This document shows positions 24,848-37,689 of a stretch of DNA of 64,000 nucleotides, piece after piece. The position numbers and the translations under genes are program-made. Numbering within the stretch: position 1 is the stretch's first letter; each line of letters begins with the position of its first letter. Origin of the DNA: Chiloscyllium plagiosum (lineage: Eukaryota); assembly GCF_004010195.1 (NCBI RefSeq), contig NC_057719.1, positions 25,320,809 to 25,384,808 of the forward strand, written 5' to 3'. The notes beneath the pieces were generated by a model, which was not told the DNA's origin, searched no databases, and saw nothing but the letters and a program-made list of their open reading frames with translations.

Positions 24848-25100
24848 CTGCAAAGAGCACAGAACAGGAAAGTTAATGAGTAATTTAAAATAAATAAAAA
24901 CCTGTGATGTAGTTTGCAATCAGTTAAATTATAGATGGCTGCAAAAATAATTAGAGCAACAAAAATACTTGGTAACAAATAGTTAATAGACAATGGAAAA
25001 AAGTAATTTAAAAAAACATTTTGGGAAAAGACATAAAATGAGACCAAATGATTATCGTGAGATGGTGATAGACAATTGGAATGCGATGAAATTATCTTAC

Positions 25101-25194
25101 CTCCTCTCAGAATCTCCATACAGTGCTGGCTGACTGGTAAAGGACTGGGTTTGGAGAGAGTGTCGGAGATGACCTCCACAACACATTTCATCAC
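25101..25194 (-). CDS. CHGA: Chromogranin A coding exon 3 (VMKCVVEVISDTLSKPSPLPVSQHCMEILRG), disulfide loop
   Basis: 94 nt with AG/GT ends; closely matches the human CgA loop VMKCIVEVISDTLSKPSPMPVSQECFETLRG as I recall it. Confidence 0.97.
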
Positions 25195-25310
25195 CTAGAC
25201 AGCAAGATGGTTTCTGTTAGTGTTGTTTGGGGGAGGGCGAACGTTCCCCTGTGGAAAGACTTCCAAGGTCAAAAAGAGGTCAAACAACAACGGCACGCCG
25301 GCTGACTTAC

Positions 25311-25357
25311 CTTAGCGTCGGCTGGCGACTGCTCGATGGGCACAGGAGCGGAGAACC
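25311..25357 (-). CDS. CHGA: Chromogranin A coding exon 2 (GFSAPVPIEQSPADAK)
   Basis: 47 nt; pyrimidine tract plus TAG acceptor; AAG|GTAAGT donor; places the first Cys at mature position 17 as in mammalian CgA. Confidence 0.92.
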
Positions 25358-25590
25358 CTACAAAAGAGAAGCACACATCAGCACCAGAGGAGGAACAGCA
25401 GGTCCGGTCGGCAAAGGCGGGCTGATTGAAGTTGCGAAAGAGCGATATAAACAGTTAATTCCTCGTGTTGACGCACCATAGCATCATTTGGTTTCTACAA
25501 GGGCTAACGACCTGAAAAGTCATCGGATGAATTGGTCCGGGTTGGAGTGAACTGGAAAGGGCCGGTCGCTCCTCGCCTCTCTCCATCCCC

Positions 25591-25611
25591 TGCGCTGTCC
25601 TTGGTGCTGAA
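25591..25611 (-). promoter_or_regulatory. RE1/NRSE (REST binding site) in CHGA intron 1
   Basis: Minus strand reads TTCAGCACCAAGGACAGCGCA, 19/21 match to consensus TTCAGCACCACGGACAGCGCC. Confidence 0.9.
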
Positions 25612-25742
25612 AGGGTCATTCCCTTCTCTGTTCCAAACCACCGCATTTTTTTCTCTCTCTCGTTTTAAATTAAATCACAGCCTATCTACGAGTCTAAAGC
25701 GACACATTTACACAGAAAACAGAAGCCACTGATCGTCCTTAC

Positions 25743-25788
25743 CTCGGGTGGCAAGTAAAACGAGAGTGAAAAATCCCAAAGGAATCAT
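25743..25788 (-). CDS. CHGA: Chromogranin A coding exon 1 (signal peptide MIPLGFFTLVLLATR-G)
   Basis: ATG at 25788-25786; 46 nt of hydrophobic leader; donor GAG|GTAAG; phase 1 joins exon 2. Confidence 0.9.
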
Positions 25789-26489
25789 TTTGTTTTCCTG
25801 CAGGACGCGTAGATGCGCTCAACTAATGCAAAAAAAAAAGCTCCCCCCTCCCCAAACCCTCTACCTCTGGCGAAACACTCCCCTTTGGGGACCGAGAGGA
25901 CAAGATACACGATTAAGAGGCGCTGACTCGGGGTCTGGAGACTGAGGCACTGTGCTGAGCTGAGCTCCTACACTATCTGCCGGACTCTGCGAGCAGTGGG
26001 CACTTGCAGCACCAACTCCCGCTTTAAATCCCAGCAGCCGGATGTGACATCGAGCAGAATCCACTGAAATCCCAGCAGCGTCGAAGGCGAGAGCCAATCC
26101 AGGTAAGTGGCACTGTTGTTCCTGCAGTCACAGACAAAAAAAAACCCTCCAGAAAATCAACTGCTTTAATCTAAAACTAATCTTGGAATCAAACATGATC
26201 CAAGCACTCGCTTAATAGTTAAAACAGTCAGCAGTTGTTCTGAATACACATAACAATCCAACAACATGCCAATTGTATCTGGAAAATGTAGAGATCACAA
26301 CCTATAAGTGTAAATTATGAACTTTCAACTGAGTTTTGTATTTCTATAGCATCATTAAAAAAGTAATATCGCATGGTGTATTTAATAAGGCATTCTTATA
26401 TATGTTGTTGCCCTGTCATTCAAGTATTAAAAAATTACAGTCTCCCAGCCCATTGTTACCAAAAGTGTTTAAATGATTAAAGGAGAAAC

Positions 26490-27170
26490 ATGTAAATTGA
26501 TATCCGTGCCTAAGTAACCACCTCATATCTCAAAGTCTTCAAGGCACTGACAGACTTTTGAAGAGCGATCACCGTTGTAATGTAGGAAATGTGACAGTAA
26601 CAGCAAGCTCCCACTTGCAACACTGTGTTGATGATCAGATAGTCTGATTTTCGAAATGTTGGCTGAAGATTAAATATTGGCCAAATCACCAGGATAATAC
26701 CCCTGCTCTTTTTTTGAAATTGTCACATGCAGACTTTTACAAGAGCCATGGCCTCAATTAACAGGCGGCACAGTAGTTAGCACTGCTGCCTCACAGCGCC
26801 AGAGACCTGGGTTCAATTCCCGCCTCTGGCAACTGTCTGTGTGGAGTTTGCACCTTCTCCCCGTATCTGCGTGGATTTCCTCCAGGCTCTCCGGTTTCCT
26901 CCCACAATCCAAAAATGTGCAGGATAGGTGAATTGGCCATGCTAAATTGCCCGTAGTGTTAGGTGAAGGGGTAAATGTAGGGGAGTGGGTTGCTCTTTGG
27001 AGGGTCGGTGTAGACTTGTTGGGCTGAAGGGCCTGTTTCCACACTGTAAGTAATCTAATCTAAACATCTCATCTAAGGGACTGCACTTCTCACAGTGCAA
27101 CAGTGCTGCAATGGATTGGCAACTCAGAATTTCATGCTCAAATCCTGGAATAGGATCAGATCCTGGAATT
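26490..27170 (-). mobile_element. Deu-domain SINE (AmnSINE1/SacSINE1-like), interrupted by an HE1-like SINE
   Basis: Minus strand GATGAGATGT|TTAATTGAGGCC...GTAAAAG...GAGCAGGGGTATTATCCTGGTGATTTGGCCAATATTTA resembles the Deu domain. Confidence 0.7.
26764..27062 (+). mobile_element. HE1/V-SINE-like SINE, relatively young
   Basis: Retains CpGs; ends ACACTGTAAGTAATCTAATCTA. Confidence 0.92.
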
Positions 27171-27379
27171 CACAATTGTTAAAAACAGTCCCCCTGAATA
27201 AAATACATATGTTTCTGGCACCACTACAAATAGACTTTTCCTAACAGCATCAGTCACAAATGTTCAATGATTTTCACAATAATTTATTTACTTTGTAATT
27301 CAGAATGCAAATAATAAATAATCAGTTACTATCTGGAGGCCTCAATGTGAATATTGGCTACTTAGAAGCGTTACCAGAA

Positions 27380-27620
27380 AACTGAAAAAACTGTGGATGC
27401 TGTAAATCAGAAATGACAATAGAAATTGCTGGGAAAGCTCAGGCAGTCTGGTAGCATCTGTGAAGAGAAATCAGAGTTAATATTTTAGGTCCAGTGACCT
27501 TTTCTAGGAACTCAGAATTCTGAGGAAGGATCGCTGGACTTGAAATATTAGCTCTGATTTCTGTCCACAGATGCTGCCAGACCTGCTGAGCTTTTCCAGC
27601 AATTTCTGTTGTTGTTTCTG
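27380..27620. mobile_element. Penelope-like fold-back insertion (same family as 20474)
   Basis: Inverted arms around a degenerate CTGAGGAAGG..GAAAT core. Confidence 0.8.
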
Positions 27621-28959
27621 AGTTACTAGAGATCCTGTCAATAGTAGAATCTTACCCCAGGAAGGAAGGAAAAAGGAAGAAGCCAGAGAGAATTTTAAAA
27701 TAAGTTTCTGGATAAAACATTCATTCTGTTTTAAAACAATCTTTTATTTTATCTGTTGCTTATACTAATGCAGTATTTATAACTGCTGATTAAGCAGCAA
27801 AGTAGTCAAATGTCAGCAGTTTTTACAAAGTTGGGGCAGTAGCAGAAACTGGTTCCAATGGACATACTTATTCAGTTGGAACCTTGAATATTGTGCAAAA
27901 TGCAAAATACAGCAGCTGCCTGAAACCTGAACCATAACATGCTGGAAATTTTCAACAGTTTAAGCACTGGTCAGAGTCAAGGACCATATCTAGAACAGTT
28001 TCTCCATTCTCCCCAATCTGACAATTCACTAATAGAGTTTGACCTAGTCATGGAAAAGTAGAAACACAATTGAGTTTATGTTTGATTATCAGGGTGCCAT
28101 TTCTAATTTTGCAAAGGATTAGGAATTGGATCCATGGTGAAATAAGTATTAGCTAATGATATTAACAGTTTTTTCAAAAGTTGAGACCTCTGCAGTAAGA
28201 CATGAATTCAGCAGATAGGATGTCAGGAATGTGAACTGTGTATGTCATCACTCAAACACAACTATACTTGGCCTGCAGAGACCAGATATGTGCCTTTCGT
28301 TGGCTACTCAAAATCTTAGTAACTAACCTTGTAGTTAAAATGTATTAATACTCATTCTCGATATTACCGAAGTGGGTGACACTGAAGTTCGTTGCAAGCA
28401 GCAGGTCAACTGACATCCAAGCAGGCACACTGATAACTACTGAACATGTGAGATATGGACAATGAGTTGCAATAGAATTAAAAACAATAGAAACCAGATG
28501 CCAGAATAAATAAAATAAGAAAGGATTAATTTGTAACCATTAGTAAAATTGACGTCAGTTCAAATGGGTTGGAATTTTCCACATGCATTAAGAATGAGGG
28601 AACAATTTTGGAAACAATAACGAATGGAAGCAAAAATATAAACTGGAACAACTACAGTTGAAAACCAATATCATATAGAAAAAAAAATACAGATCATGTT
28701 TGAAAATATATCTCATAATCCAGAGACTACGGTATCATTGATTATTTTTCAGGCTAATTGCTTGCTTTTCTGCAAAATTGCAGGATAAACTTGTGAAATG
28801 TCTGCACTTCCAGATGGTTATGTGATATCACTGCCTCAATATAGTAATCTTGCATAAAAAACACATGGAGGCAGTCAAAATGCCTGGTTCTTTCAAGAGC
28901 TGAACAATAACAAAGACTTGCTACAAAAGGAACACTTGCTTCAAAATGGTTGGTGAGAA

Positions 28960-29130
28960 TCTCTGGACTCAGTTTGCTAAATTGGCTAGACAAGTGTTTG
29001 TACTGTAGAGTGATACTAAAAGCATGGGTTCAATTCCCACAAAAGCTGAGGTTACCATGAAAATCTGTCTCTTTGCCTGAGGTATAGTGACCCTCAGGTT
29101 AAACCACCAACAGTTATCTTCTCCTGTTAT
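28960..29130 (+). mobile_element. tRNA-derived SINE remnant
   Basis: GGGTTCAATTCC B-box-like motif; resembles the host sequence around 20450-20880. Confidence 0.5.
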
Positions 29131-29744
29131 GAGATTGTTACATTTTCTGATCTTACCATATGTTCAATGGGTCTTCCACACATGTTAAAGAAGCAGTCTC
29201 ACAATGTGCACACTGGTTTATGATTCAATCTATGGGGAAGATACTTGGGAACTTGTTCTTAGTGAGACTGAAATTATTCAGCAGGCTGAGGAGTGCATAG
29301 AGCCAAACAAAAATAAATATTGAGTGAGAGTAAGTAATTTACAAATCAAAATAACCTTGAGAAATTAGCAATATTTTGTGTAATAAATGATATTAAATAA
29401 TCTAGAGATCATTGCAACCAAAATTTAGTTTGGCTAAATGTATTCCTCACTATATCTGCTGGACCGAAAATATGCAATAAAGCCAGGTTCAGCCTGGATT
29501 TCACTTAGTAGTGCAATGGTTGGGTAATTACAGGGCAAATCTCCCAAAGGGAATTATGGTTGGGTGTACATTAAAAATAAAGTAACTGAATAAGGGGATC
29601 ATTTAAATGATATATCAGGTGTTAATTGTGTGCTGTGTAAATAAGGCACCCTGTTTGAAACTCTGTATTTTGCATGTGCTTTTGAATCTTACTACTGACA
29701 TTCTAATTTGAATTTACTCTGGAGATATAAAAACACTCAAGTGA

Positions 29745-30470
29745 TGATTAGACCACAAGATAAAATATACAATCAGAACTGGCCATTTGGCAGATTGTGT
29801 TACCTCTGCCATTCAGACATGGCTGATATGTTTCACAACTGCATTCTCCTGCCTTCTCCCCGTAACCCTTGATCCCCTTAGCAATAAAGAACCTATCTAT
29901 CTGTGTCTTAAATACACTTAATAACTGAGTTCCACAGATTAACTATCCTCTGGCTGAAGCAATTCCTCCACATCTCATTTCTAAAGGATTGTCCCTTCAC
30001 TCTGAGCCTATGCCCTCAGATCCTAGTCTCCCTGACTAGTGAAAGCATCTTATCCATTGCCATTCTTTCTAGGCCTCTCAGTATTCTGTAAATTTCAATC
30101 CGATCTCCTCTCATCTTTCTAAACTCCATTGAGTACAGATGCACAGTCCCCGACCTCATATGACTAGCCTTCGTCCCCAGGATCATTCTTGTAACCTCTT
30201 CTGGATCCCCTCCAATACCAGCACATCCTTCCCTAGATAGGGGGTCAAAACTGCTCACAATATTCCAAATATAGTCTGATCAGAACCTTATACACCCTCA
30301 GCAGTACATCTCTGCTCTTGTGTTCTGGCCTTCTCAAAATGAATACTAACACTGCATTTGCCTTCTTAGTTGCTAATTGAATCCATATGTTAACTTTAAA
30401 AGAATCTTGAACTGGGACTCCCAAATCCCTTTGTGCTTCAGGTTTCTACAGCTTTTCCCCATTTAGAAAA
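29745..30470 (-). mobile_element. CR1 LINE 3' fragment
   Basis: ORF 30016..30258 LYSMEFRKMRGDRIEIYRILRGLER; homologous to 58210-59640. Confidence 0.88.
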
Positions 30471-32799
30471 TATGTGTTTCTTAGGTATTATTAAATCTTT
30501 GCCATGTGCAATTAGCTCCTGAATTGGATGGTATAAACCTTCATCTCAGTTATAGGTTTCCTAATAATCATGCCATAGAGTTATAGAGTTGTTGAAATAA
30601 CCTAATGAGAATTGAGCAAAAGATTGCTTAAAACTGTATTAATGTTACTACATGAGCAAAGCAAAAAACATCTTTGCAATGATGATAAAGTTATTGCTTA
30701 ATATGGGCTTCAAACTCAATCTGGAGTGAATAGCTTTATTTAATATTATTTGCTCCTGGGATGTGGGTGACACTGGCTGGGTCAACAATCATTGCCTTTT
30801 GTTAATTGCCCTTGAGAAAATGGTGGTGAGCTGCCTTCTTGAACCTCTATAGTCCATGTGTTGTAGGTAGACCCACATGTTGTTAGGGAGGTATTTTGAC
30901 CCAGTATATTTTGGTGTGTGGCTTGGAGGAGAACGTGCAGATGGTGGTATACTTCTAAATGGAAGTCGTCATTGATTTGGAAGGCAATGTCTCAGGTACT
31001 TCGGCAAATTTCTGCAATACGTGTTGTAGCTACACACGCAGCTGATTCTGAGCATTGGTATTGGAGTGACAGTGGTGCCAGTCAAGGAGACAGCTTCTTG
31101 AATGCTGTTGGAGCTGCATTCATCCAGACAAGTAGAAGCATTCCAGCATACTCCTGACTTGTATCTTGCAGATGGATGATGGGTTTTTGGGGGTCAGGAG
31201 GTGAGTTACTCACTACAGTATTCCTCGTCTCTGACCCAATTGTGTAGCCAGTGGATTTATATAGTGAGTCCAGATGAGTCTCTGGTCAGTGGTAAACCTC
31301 CACCCCCCCGCAGGATGTTGATATTAAGGAATTCAGTGATGGTAACTCATTGAATGTCGAGAGGTAGTGGTTAGATTGTCACATATTGGCAGTGGTCATT
31401 GACTGGTACTTGAGTGGCACAAATGTTGCATGTTATGACAAATAATTAATAATATTCTGTTTAGGCCCCAATTCTGTTCCAGTTAAAATTTCCTGCTCTA
31501 GTTGGACATATTCCTGGAGATTTTGTCACATTTTTGCAACCACTATTGCCTATCAAAAGGTGTTTAGCATTCCTCCTTCTTCAGTAATATCAATGAACTG
31601 GTAAATAAAAGTTTTAAAAAAGAGTGAGGAAAGTCTTTTAATGTCTCTATGATTTTTCTTCTGAAGGTCTTACGACATATCCTGGAGATTGATCTTTAAG
31701 GTTGAAGTGTGAGTGTTGATGTGTCAGGAGAGGATCAACCTTAGCGCAAGCTTTTCCTTTGAAGCTTTTTGGGGCTCCTGAACACTTTGAACTGTAATTG
31801 GTCTAAATGCTTAGATTCCAATATTGCTTCTACACTGAGAGTGGAGCTGTGCATATACAGGTAAGGGCACAGAAATGTTATTTTCCCTCCCATGGGTAAC
31901 AGATTGTATAAATGTCTGACTTATAAACATGGAAAAACGTCACAATAAAGAAATCTGATAAAAGGAGCAGACTGTATTCTTTTATTGACTTTTTTGTATT
32001 TCCAGATATTCCTATTTTTATTTCAGACTTACAGCAGTTATAGTTTTCTTTCCTGTTATTTTACTGTGTAATCTGGTGGCTGCCTTATAGCAGTCCCGAC
32101 CTGCAGTTGCATGTCTCAGATTTACTAAGTCTCCATCATTGTAAATAATTTATGTACTCAATGATAACCAAGGCCATGAGATGTCTAGTGCTAATTCAGA
32201 ATCTTAATTTAGTTTGGGAAGACCATCATTGACTACATTTCCCTTTTTTTTATTGCATGGTTCTCATTTCTCTGATTGAAGCAGTACAGCTTGGATCCAA
32301 CAGGTGGCATGCTCCCAGGCATCCACTCTACGGTGTTCATGTTTCAGCTGCCTTGAAGCTCATAGGACAGCAGTGAGTTCCTAGAATTTAACGTCCCTGA
32401 GAAAAGTACCTGGCTGTACTCAGCACCTTCTCATATTGGTCTGGCTGAGGTAGGGAATCTAGCCAAGCCTCAAGAATTTATTATTCCTCATACCTGTGAA
32501 ATAGTTGTTCTAAATTGCATATACATTGGTGACATTACTTTACCATGGTGCACTTCATTGGCAGTGTTCAGAGCCAAGATGCAGGTGTCCATTTGAAAAT
32601 TACAATACACTGGATAGAAACATGTTAGACCATGGTCAGGAGATCACCAAAGATGATTAATGAAATAGTTTTGCTCGTGGAGGGAGAAAATATTAGAGTA
32701 ATGATTGAAATAGCACCTGAGCAAACATGAGCAATAAACAGTACTATCAAATACTATTTGGTATGTTGATAATTAAGTATCACAATTTCAAGACTGTCA

Positions 32800-33050
32800 G
32801 CAGGAGAGTGAGATGAAGAGAAACCTCTTTACTCAGAGTTATTAGAATTTGGAATGTGCTGTCTGGGAAAGTGGTGGAAGTGGATTTGATAGGAGGTTTC
32901 AAAAAAGATCCGGATATAAATTTGAAAAATGATTAATTTAGAGGGCTACAGAGTGAGGGGTGGAAATGGGATGAACTGGGAAGCTCTTTCCGGAGCCAGT
33001 AAGACACAATAGGTCAAATGGCCTCCTTCTGCACTATAAAATTCCATGTT
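32800..33050 (+). mobile_element. CR1 LINE 3' end, old
   Basis: Degenerate FTQRV..IWN.L motif and GGTCAAATGGCCTCCTTCTG tail. Confidence 0.7.
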
Positions 33051-34234
33051 TCTGGTATTCATTAGAATTAACTGAACATACTCCTATGTATTCCTAATGT
33101 ATTAATCTCATATAAAAAGTGATCTTCACTATTAAACCCTCATAAAATATTTCTACCCTCTTTAAAAGATCTGGTTTGCATTTTAAAAAATAACTTATTT
33201 TTGAGGATTCCCAACAGTGGTAAGTGAACACAATACAATGTACATATGCAGTTATTTCAGAATCCTATGGTGAACACCTTTGCAATGCAAAATGTAACGA
33301 GGCGTCCTAACTTTATTAAAGTCAGATTAGCTCAAGAAAAATCACCTAGTGCTACCAACATGTGATATCTAAACCGTGTTAATATTTTCAAATTGTGATC
33401 TATTAACAATGCATTTTTTCTTCCGCAATACCTATGAAATATTTATTCTATTTAACACAAAGACTTAATTATTCACAGATATGTAGACAGCTAGATGTTT
33501 GCTGCATAGATTAATTCTTGAAGATGTCCAATGAACAAATATGATTTATTTAATATGGCACAAAGCCTAGATAGAGTGAAATGAATCCTTAGAATAATTA
33601 ACTGTCCATTCATAGTGACCATTTTTAGTTTGAGAATGAACTCATCTGTAGCTTTCTTCCACAAAAAAATGTGGAGGACAAACTCATCATGGCCTGGTTT
33701 ATGATTACTGTTATTCACACTCAGTGAATAGAAAGTAACATCTTACAGCTTTTGAATTAATGCATGCAAGATAGAAGTTTTAAACCAGGATCTCATCCAA
33801 ACTGCGTCCTCTTATGACATGATTATACCTTCAAGGGGCAAAAGAATAGAAAACTGGGCAATTCTAAACCTATTCAAACAGACTTTTGCACAAACTTAAT
33901 ATATGACTATTTTGCACAGGCTGTTACTTCAATGAGACAAGTATTCTATACTCATGATGAATAAAAGGTAGTCAGTGATGTGATGGGAATATTTTTTCTA
34001 TGGGGAAGCCTTTCACTGTTAACACCAGTTCTCTAAATGCCTTATCTTTCTGTGACCCAATGGCTTTTAAGGCACTCAGGCATACCAGAAGCACCAATTA
34101 TTCATATCTGTTTGGACAATGGAATCAAACTTTCTTTTAAAATGGATCAAATAAACGAACCTTCCTTGTAGAATTTGTACTTCTGAGCCAGAAACTAATG
34201 GATATAAGCTCAGTACTTGAAGAGTTAAACACAG

Positions 34235-35075
34235 CTGATTCCCCAGGAAGAGAATCAGAAGCAATAGTTTCTCTTCCTGCTGCTGCACCATTACCATTGA
34301 TGTCCCCCAAAGGACATATCGTAAAACTCCGTTTTTGCTAATCTATATGCTGTCTCTTGGTGACATCACTCAAAAGTATAGCCTTGGGTTTCACATGATG
34401 ACAGCCAGCTCTATCTTGCCACTGTTTCTCACAACTCCTCCATTTTTGCTAAATTTAAAGACACCTGTGAGGCATCCAATTCTGGATGACAATAAATTGT
34501 TTTGAATTAAATACATGAATAATGAATGGATATTTTTGATCCTGTTCAGAATTATGATCTTTAGCAATTGACTCTATCTCTCTTCCTGGCAACAGTCTGA
34601 AACTAAGTCAGTCTTAGATAGAACATAGAACAGTACAGCACCGTACAGGCCCTTAGGCTCTCGATGTTGTGCTGGCCTTTTATGCAAACTTGGTGTCATG
34701 TTTGATCTCAAGATGAGCTTCTGATCTTATATTCATCCCATCAATCCAATTACCTATTTCTACCTCCATAATATCACCCATCTCAGCATATCTTCTGCTG
34801 AAAGTTTTATTCATGTCTTTATTAATTCTAGACTTGACTATTCTGATGTACTGTCGGCTGATGTCCCACATTCTATAGTCTGTAAAGGGAAGGTTATCCA
34901 AAACTCTGTGTCTTAACTTAAACCTTACACCATATCACATATCTCTATCAATCACTGACCTATACTGGCCCCTGGTTAAATAATGCCTTTATTTTAAAAC
35001 TCTCATCGTGTTTTCACAACCCTATTTCTGTAATCCTTCCAGCCCCACATCTCTTTGAGGTAATTCACTCCTGGA
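34235..35075 (+). mobile_element. L2-clade LINE RT fragment with a 60-bp CR1 3' end inserted at about 34618-34680
   Basis: IYMLSLGDI..GFHM..DDSQLYL and IHVFINSRLDYS remnants. Confidence 0.7.
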
Positions 35076-35254
35076 ATTGTTGATATATAGATAGCATAAG
35101 CAAAGCCCATATTCATTGCCAGTTCCTAGCTGTCTTGAGAAGATGTGGTGAACCATGTCAGTGAATTGTTATCCAAGTGGCGAACATACATCTATGCTTT
35201 CTTGCATTGCAACAGCAGCTATACTTCAAAAGTACTGTATTTTGTGCAATACAC

Positions 35255-35695
35255 TTAGGGATTGCTATAGGGAGAGGCTGAATAGGCTGGGGCTGTTTTC
35301 CTCGGTGCATCAGAGGCTGAGGGTGACATTAGAGAAGTTTATAATATCCTGAGGGGCATGGATAGGATAAATAGTCAAGATCCTTTCCCTGGGGTGGAGG
35401 AGTCCAGAACTAGAAGGCATAGGTTTAAGGTGAGAGGGGACAGATTTAAAAGGGATTTAAGGGGCAATGTTTTCATGCAGAAGGTGGTGCATGTATGGAA
35501 TGAGCTGTCAGGAGAAGTGGTGGAGGCTGGTACAATTACACCGTTTAAAAGGCATCTGGATGGATATATGAATAGGCAGGGTTTAGAGGGATAGGAGCCA
35601 AGTGCCGGCAAATAGGACTGGATTAATTTAGGATAACTCATCATCATGGTTGAGTTGGACCAAAGGGTCTGTTTCCATGCTGTACATTTCTATGA
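35255..35695 (+). mobile_element. CR1 LINE 3' end
   Basis: YRERLNRLGLFS..; RFKVRGDRFKRDLRGNVF.QKVVHVWNEL; CR1 tail. Confidence 0.92.
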
Positions 35696-35797
35696 CAATA
35701 CGTAAATTAATTCAAAAGCTGAAAGACATTACTTTCTATACACTGATTGTGAAATATGCAATATAAATATAAGACTTTTTAAAATGCTGCCAGCCAA

Positions 35798-36631
35798 GGA
35801 GATCCAGGTTTTGAAGATAGCAAGAGATGGCATTTTATACAGACAAGCAGGAGGCTGGAAGAAAGCAGCGAGCTAGGCAGCATCAGGAGGTGAGAAGTCA
35901 ACATTTTAGATGTAATCCTTCTTCAGGACTAGGGATGGGTGTTGGGGGAGCTGCAGATAAAGTGGGGGAGAGCAGGGTGGTGAGGTGGAGATAGGTGAAC
36001 ACAGGTAGAGGGTATGACTTGGTTGGTCGATGGGAGGAACAAATCCGATTGGTAGCTGGAAGGAAGGGTCAGTGAGAGGAATAGAAGGGAGGGGGAGGAG
36101 CTAGGAAGGAAGTCGGGGGATGGGAATGGATATTATTGGAAATTGGAGAACTCAATGTTGAGTCCTCCAGGCTGTAGGTTGCCCAGGCATAACTAGAAGG
36201 CATAGGTTTGAGGTGAGAGGGGAAAGATTTAAAAGGGATTTAAGGGACAACTTTTTCATGCAGGGGTGGTGTGTATATGGCATGAGGTGTTGTTCCTCCA
36301 ACTTGTGGTCTGATTCATTGTGACAATGGAGGAGGCCAAGGATAGTCATGTCGGAAAGGGAGTGGGAAGGGGAATTAAAATGGGCGGTGACAGGGAGGTC
36401 TGTCCAGCCACTACAGGCCTAACTGAGATACCTGGTTGAGTTACTGCCCACTGCTGGTTACTACTCTATTCTCCCCACCCCCTTTATCTGCAGCTCCCCT
36501 TACACTCACCCCCAGTCCTGGAGAAGGGTTACACCTTCTCCACCTCCTGATGCTGCCTGGCTTGCTGTGTTCTTCCAGCCTCCTGCCTGTCTACCTTGGA
36601 TTCCAACATCTGCAGTTTTTTTTTAGTTTCT
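35798..36631 (-). mobile_element. Penelope-like element 3' part with inverted terminal arm
   Basis: GIY-YIG-end remnant ILGLLHCHNE..KLEEQHL...LQPGGLNIEF; 35840-35970 is inverted at 36470-36595; TSD AGCCAAG. Confidence 0.85.
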
Positions 36632-37321
36632 AGCCAAGTTTATCTGGATAAGCTGACATGACTGAAGTAAGAGTTGAAGCAATCTAAACTAATACAAGAG
36701 GTGGACAGAAATCATGGACCAAAGAGGGAGAGTAGGATTAATAAAGCTGGTGGAATAGAAGAGTTGTTTTTAAATGAGTAGGGAAAATATTATCTGGGAA
36801 TTGATGGAAAGTGATCGATGAGATAATGAGAGATAAAAAAAAAGGGATGTCAAAAAGTATATGAAAAGTCTAGGAAAAAGAGCAAGACTCGGGTTCCAAA
36901 GCTCGGATGACAAATGCACAAAGCATTCAAATTAAAATTGGAGAGTTAGGAGCTTTAACATTTATGCACTAATATGATACTGTACGGTTATTACTATAGC
37001 AATTAACTTATATTTTGACAATGTTCTAATCCCAGGGCTTTGCGTCCATTGATAACTAGCTTCCCATTGTTCCAGTGTGCATCAGCAATCTTAACGTAAG
37101 GGATTAATGGTGTATATAGCTCAACTCTTCATTGGCTGCAGAGACACATAGGAGACTTGAGTTCCTCGTTTTATTAAAATTTCAGACTTGCAACTTCAAT
37201 ATATTTTATTGATGCCCCAAGCTCTCTTCAGCATTATGCTAATGATTTATTCAAAAGGTAACCAGCAAAAGTTACTAATATTCACCACTGTATCACAAAA
37301 ATATACATTATAGCCATCCAA

Positions 37322-37635
37322 CGGCATGATGGCTCAGTGGTTAGCACTGTTGCCTCACAGCACCAGGGTCCCAGGTTTGATTCCAGCCTCGGGCAACTGT
37401 CTGCGTGGAGTTTGCACATTCTCCCTGTGTCTGTGTGGGTTTGCTCTGGTTTCCTCCCACAGTCCAAAGATGTGCAGGTTAGGTTAATTGGCCGTGAGAA
37501 ATTGCCCATAGTGTTCAGGATGTGTAGGTTAGGTGCATTAAGGATAAATGTAGAGTGATTGGGTGGGTTACTCTTTGGAGAGTCAGTGTGGATCTTTTGG
37601 GCTGAATGGCCTGTTTCCACACAGTAGGGATTCTA
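37322..37635 (+). mobile_element. HE1/V-SINE-like SINE
   Basis: Full head, core and tail as in 26764. Confidence 0.9.
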
Positions 37636-37689
37636 TAAAAAATCCAAACAATAATTTAACTTAACACTTTAGTCATCAGTGCATTCTGT

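Larger units (their letters stand above)
25220..26110. promoter_or_regulatory. CpG-rich promoter/5' region of CHGA with TATA-like ATTTAAAG (26029-26022, minus) and CRE-like TGACATCG (26045-26052)
   Basis: CpG density is visibly higher than in the flanks; the CRE-like/TATA-like spacing resembles the CRE-TATA arrangement of mammalian CHGA promoters. TSS not proven. Confidence 0.6.

Noticed and set aside
15866..25788. Calling the gene chromogranin B because of its single large acidic exon
   Set aside because: The N-terminal loop, RGDER, HQNLL, EEEGSANR and the exon sizes match CHGA, not CHGB.
26764..26830. tRNA gene
   Set aside because: It is the tRNA-derived head of a SINE, followed by SINE core and tail; the same holds for the other copies.
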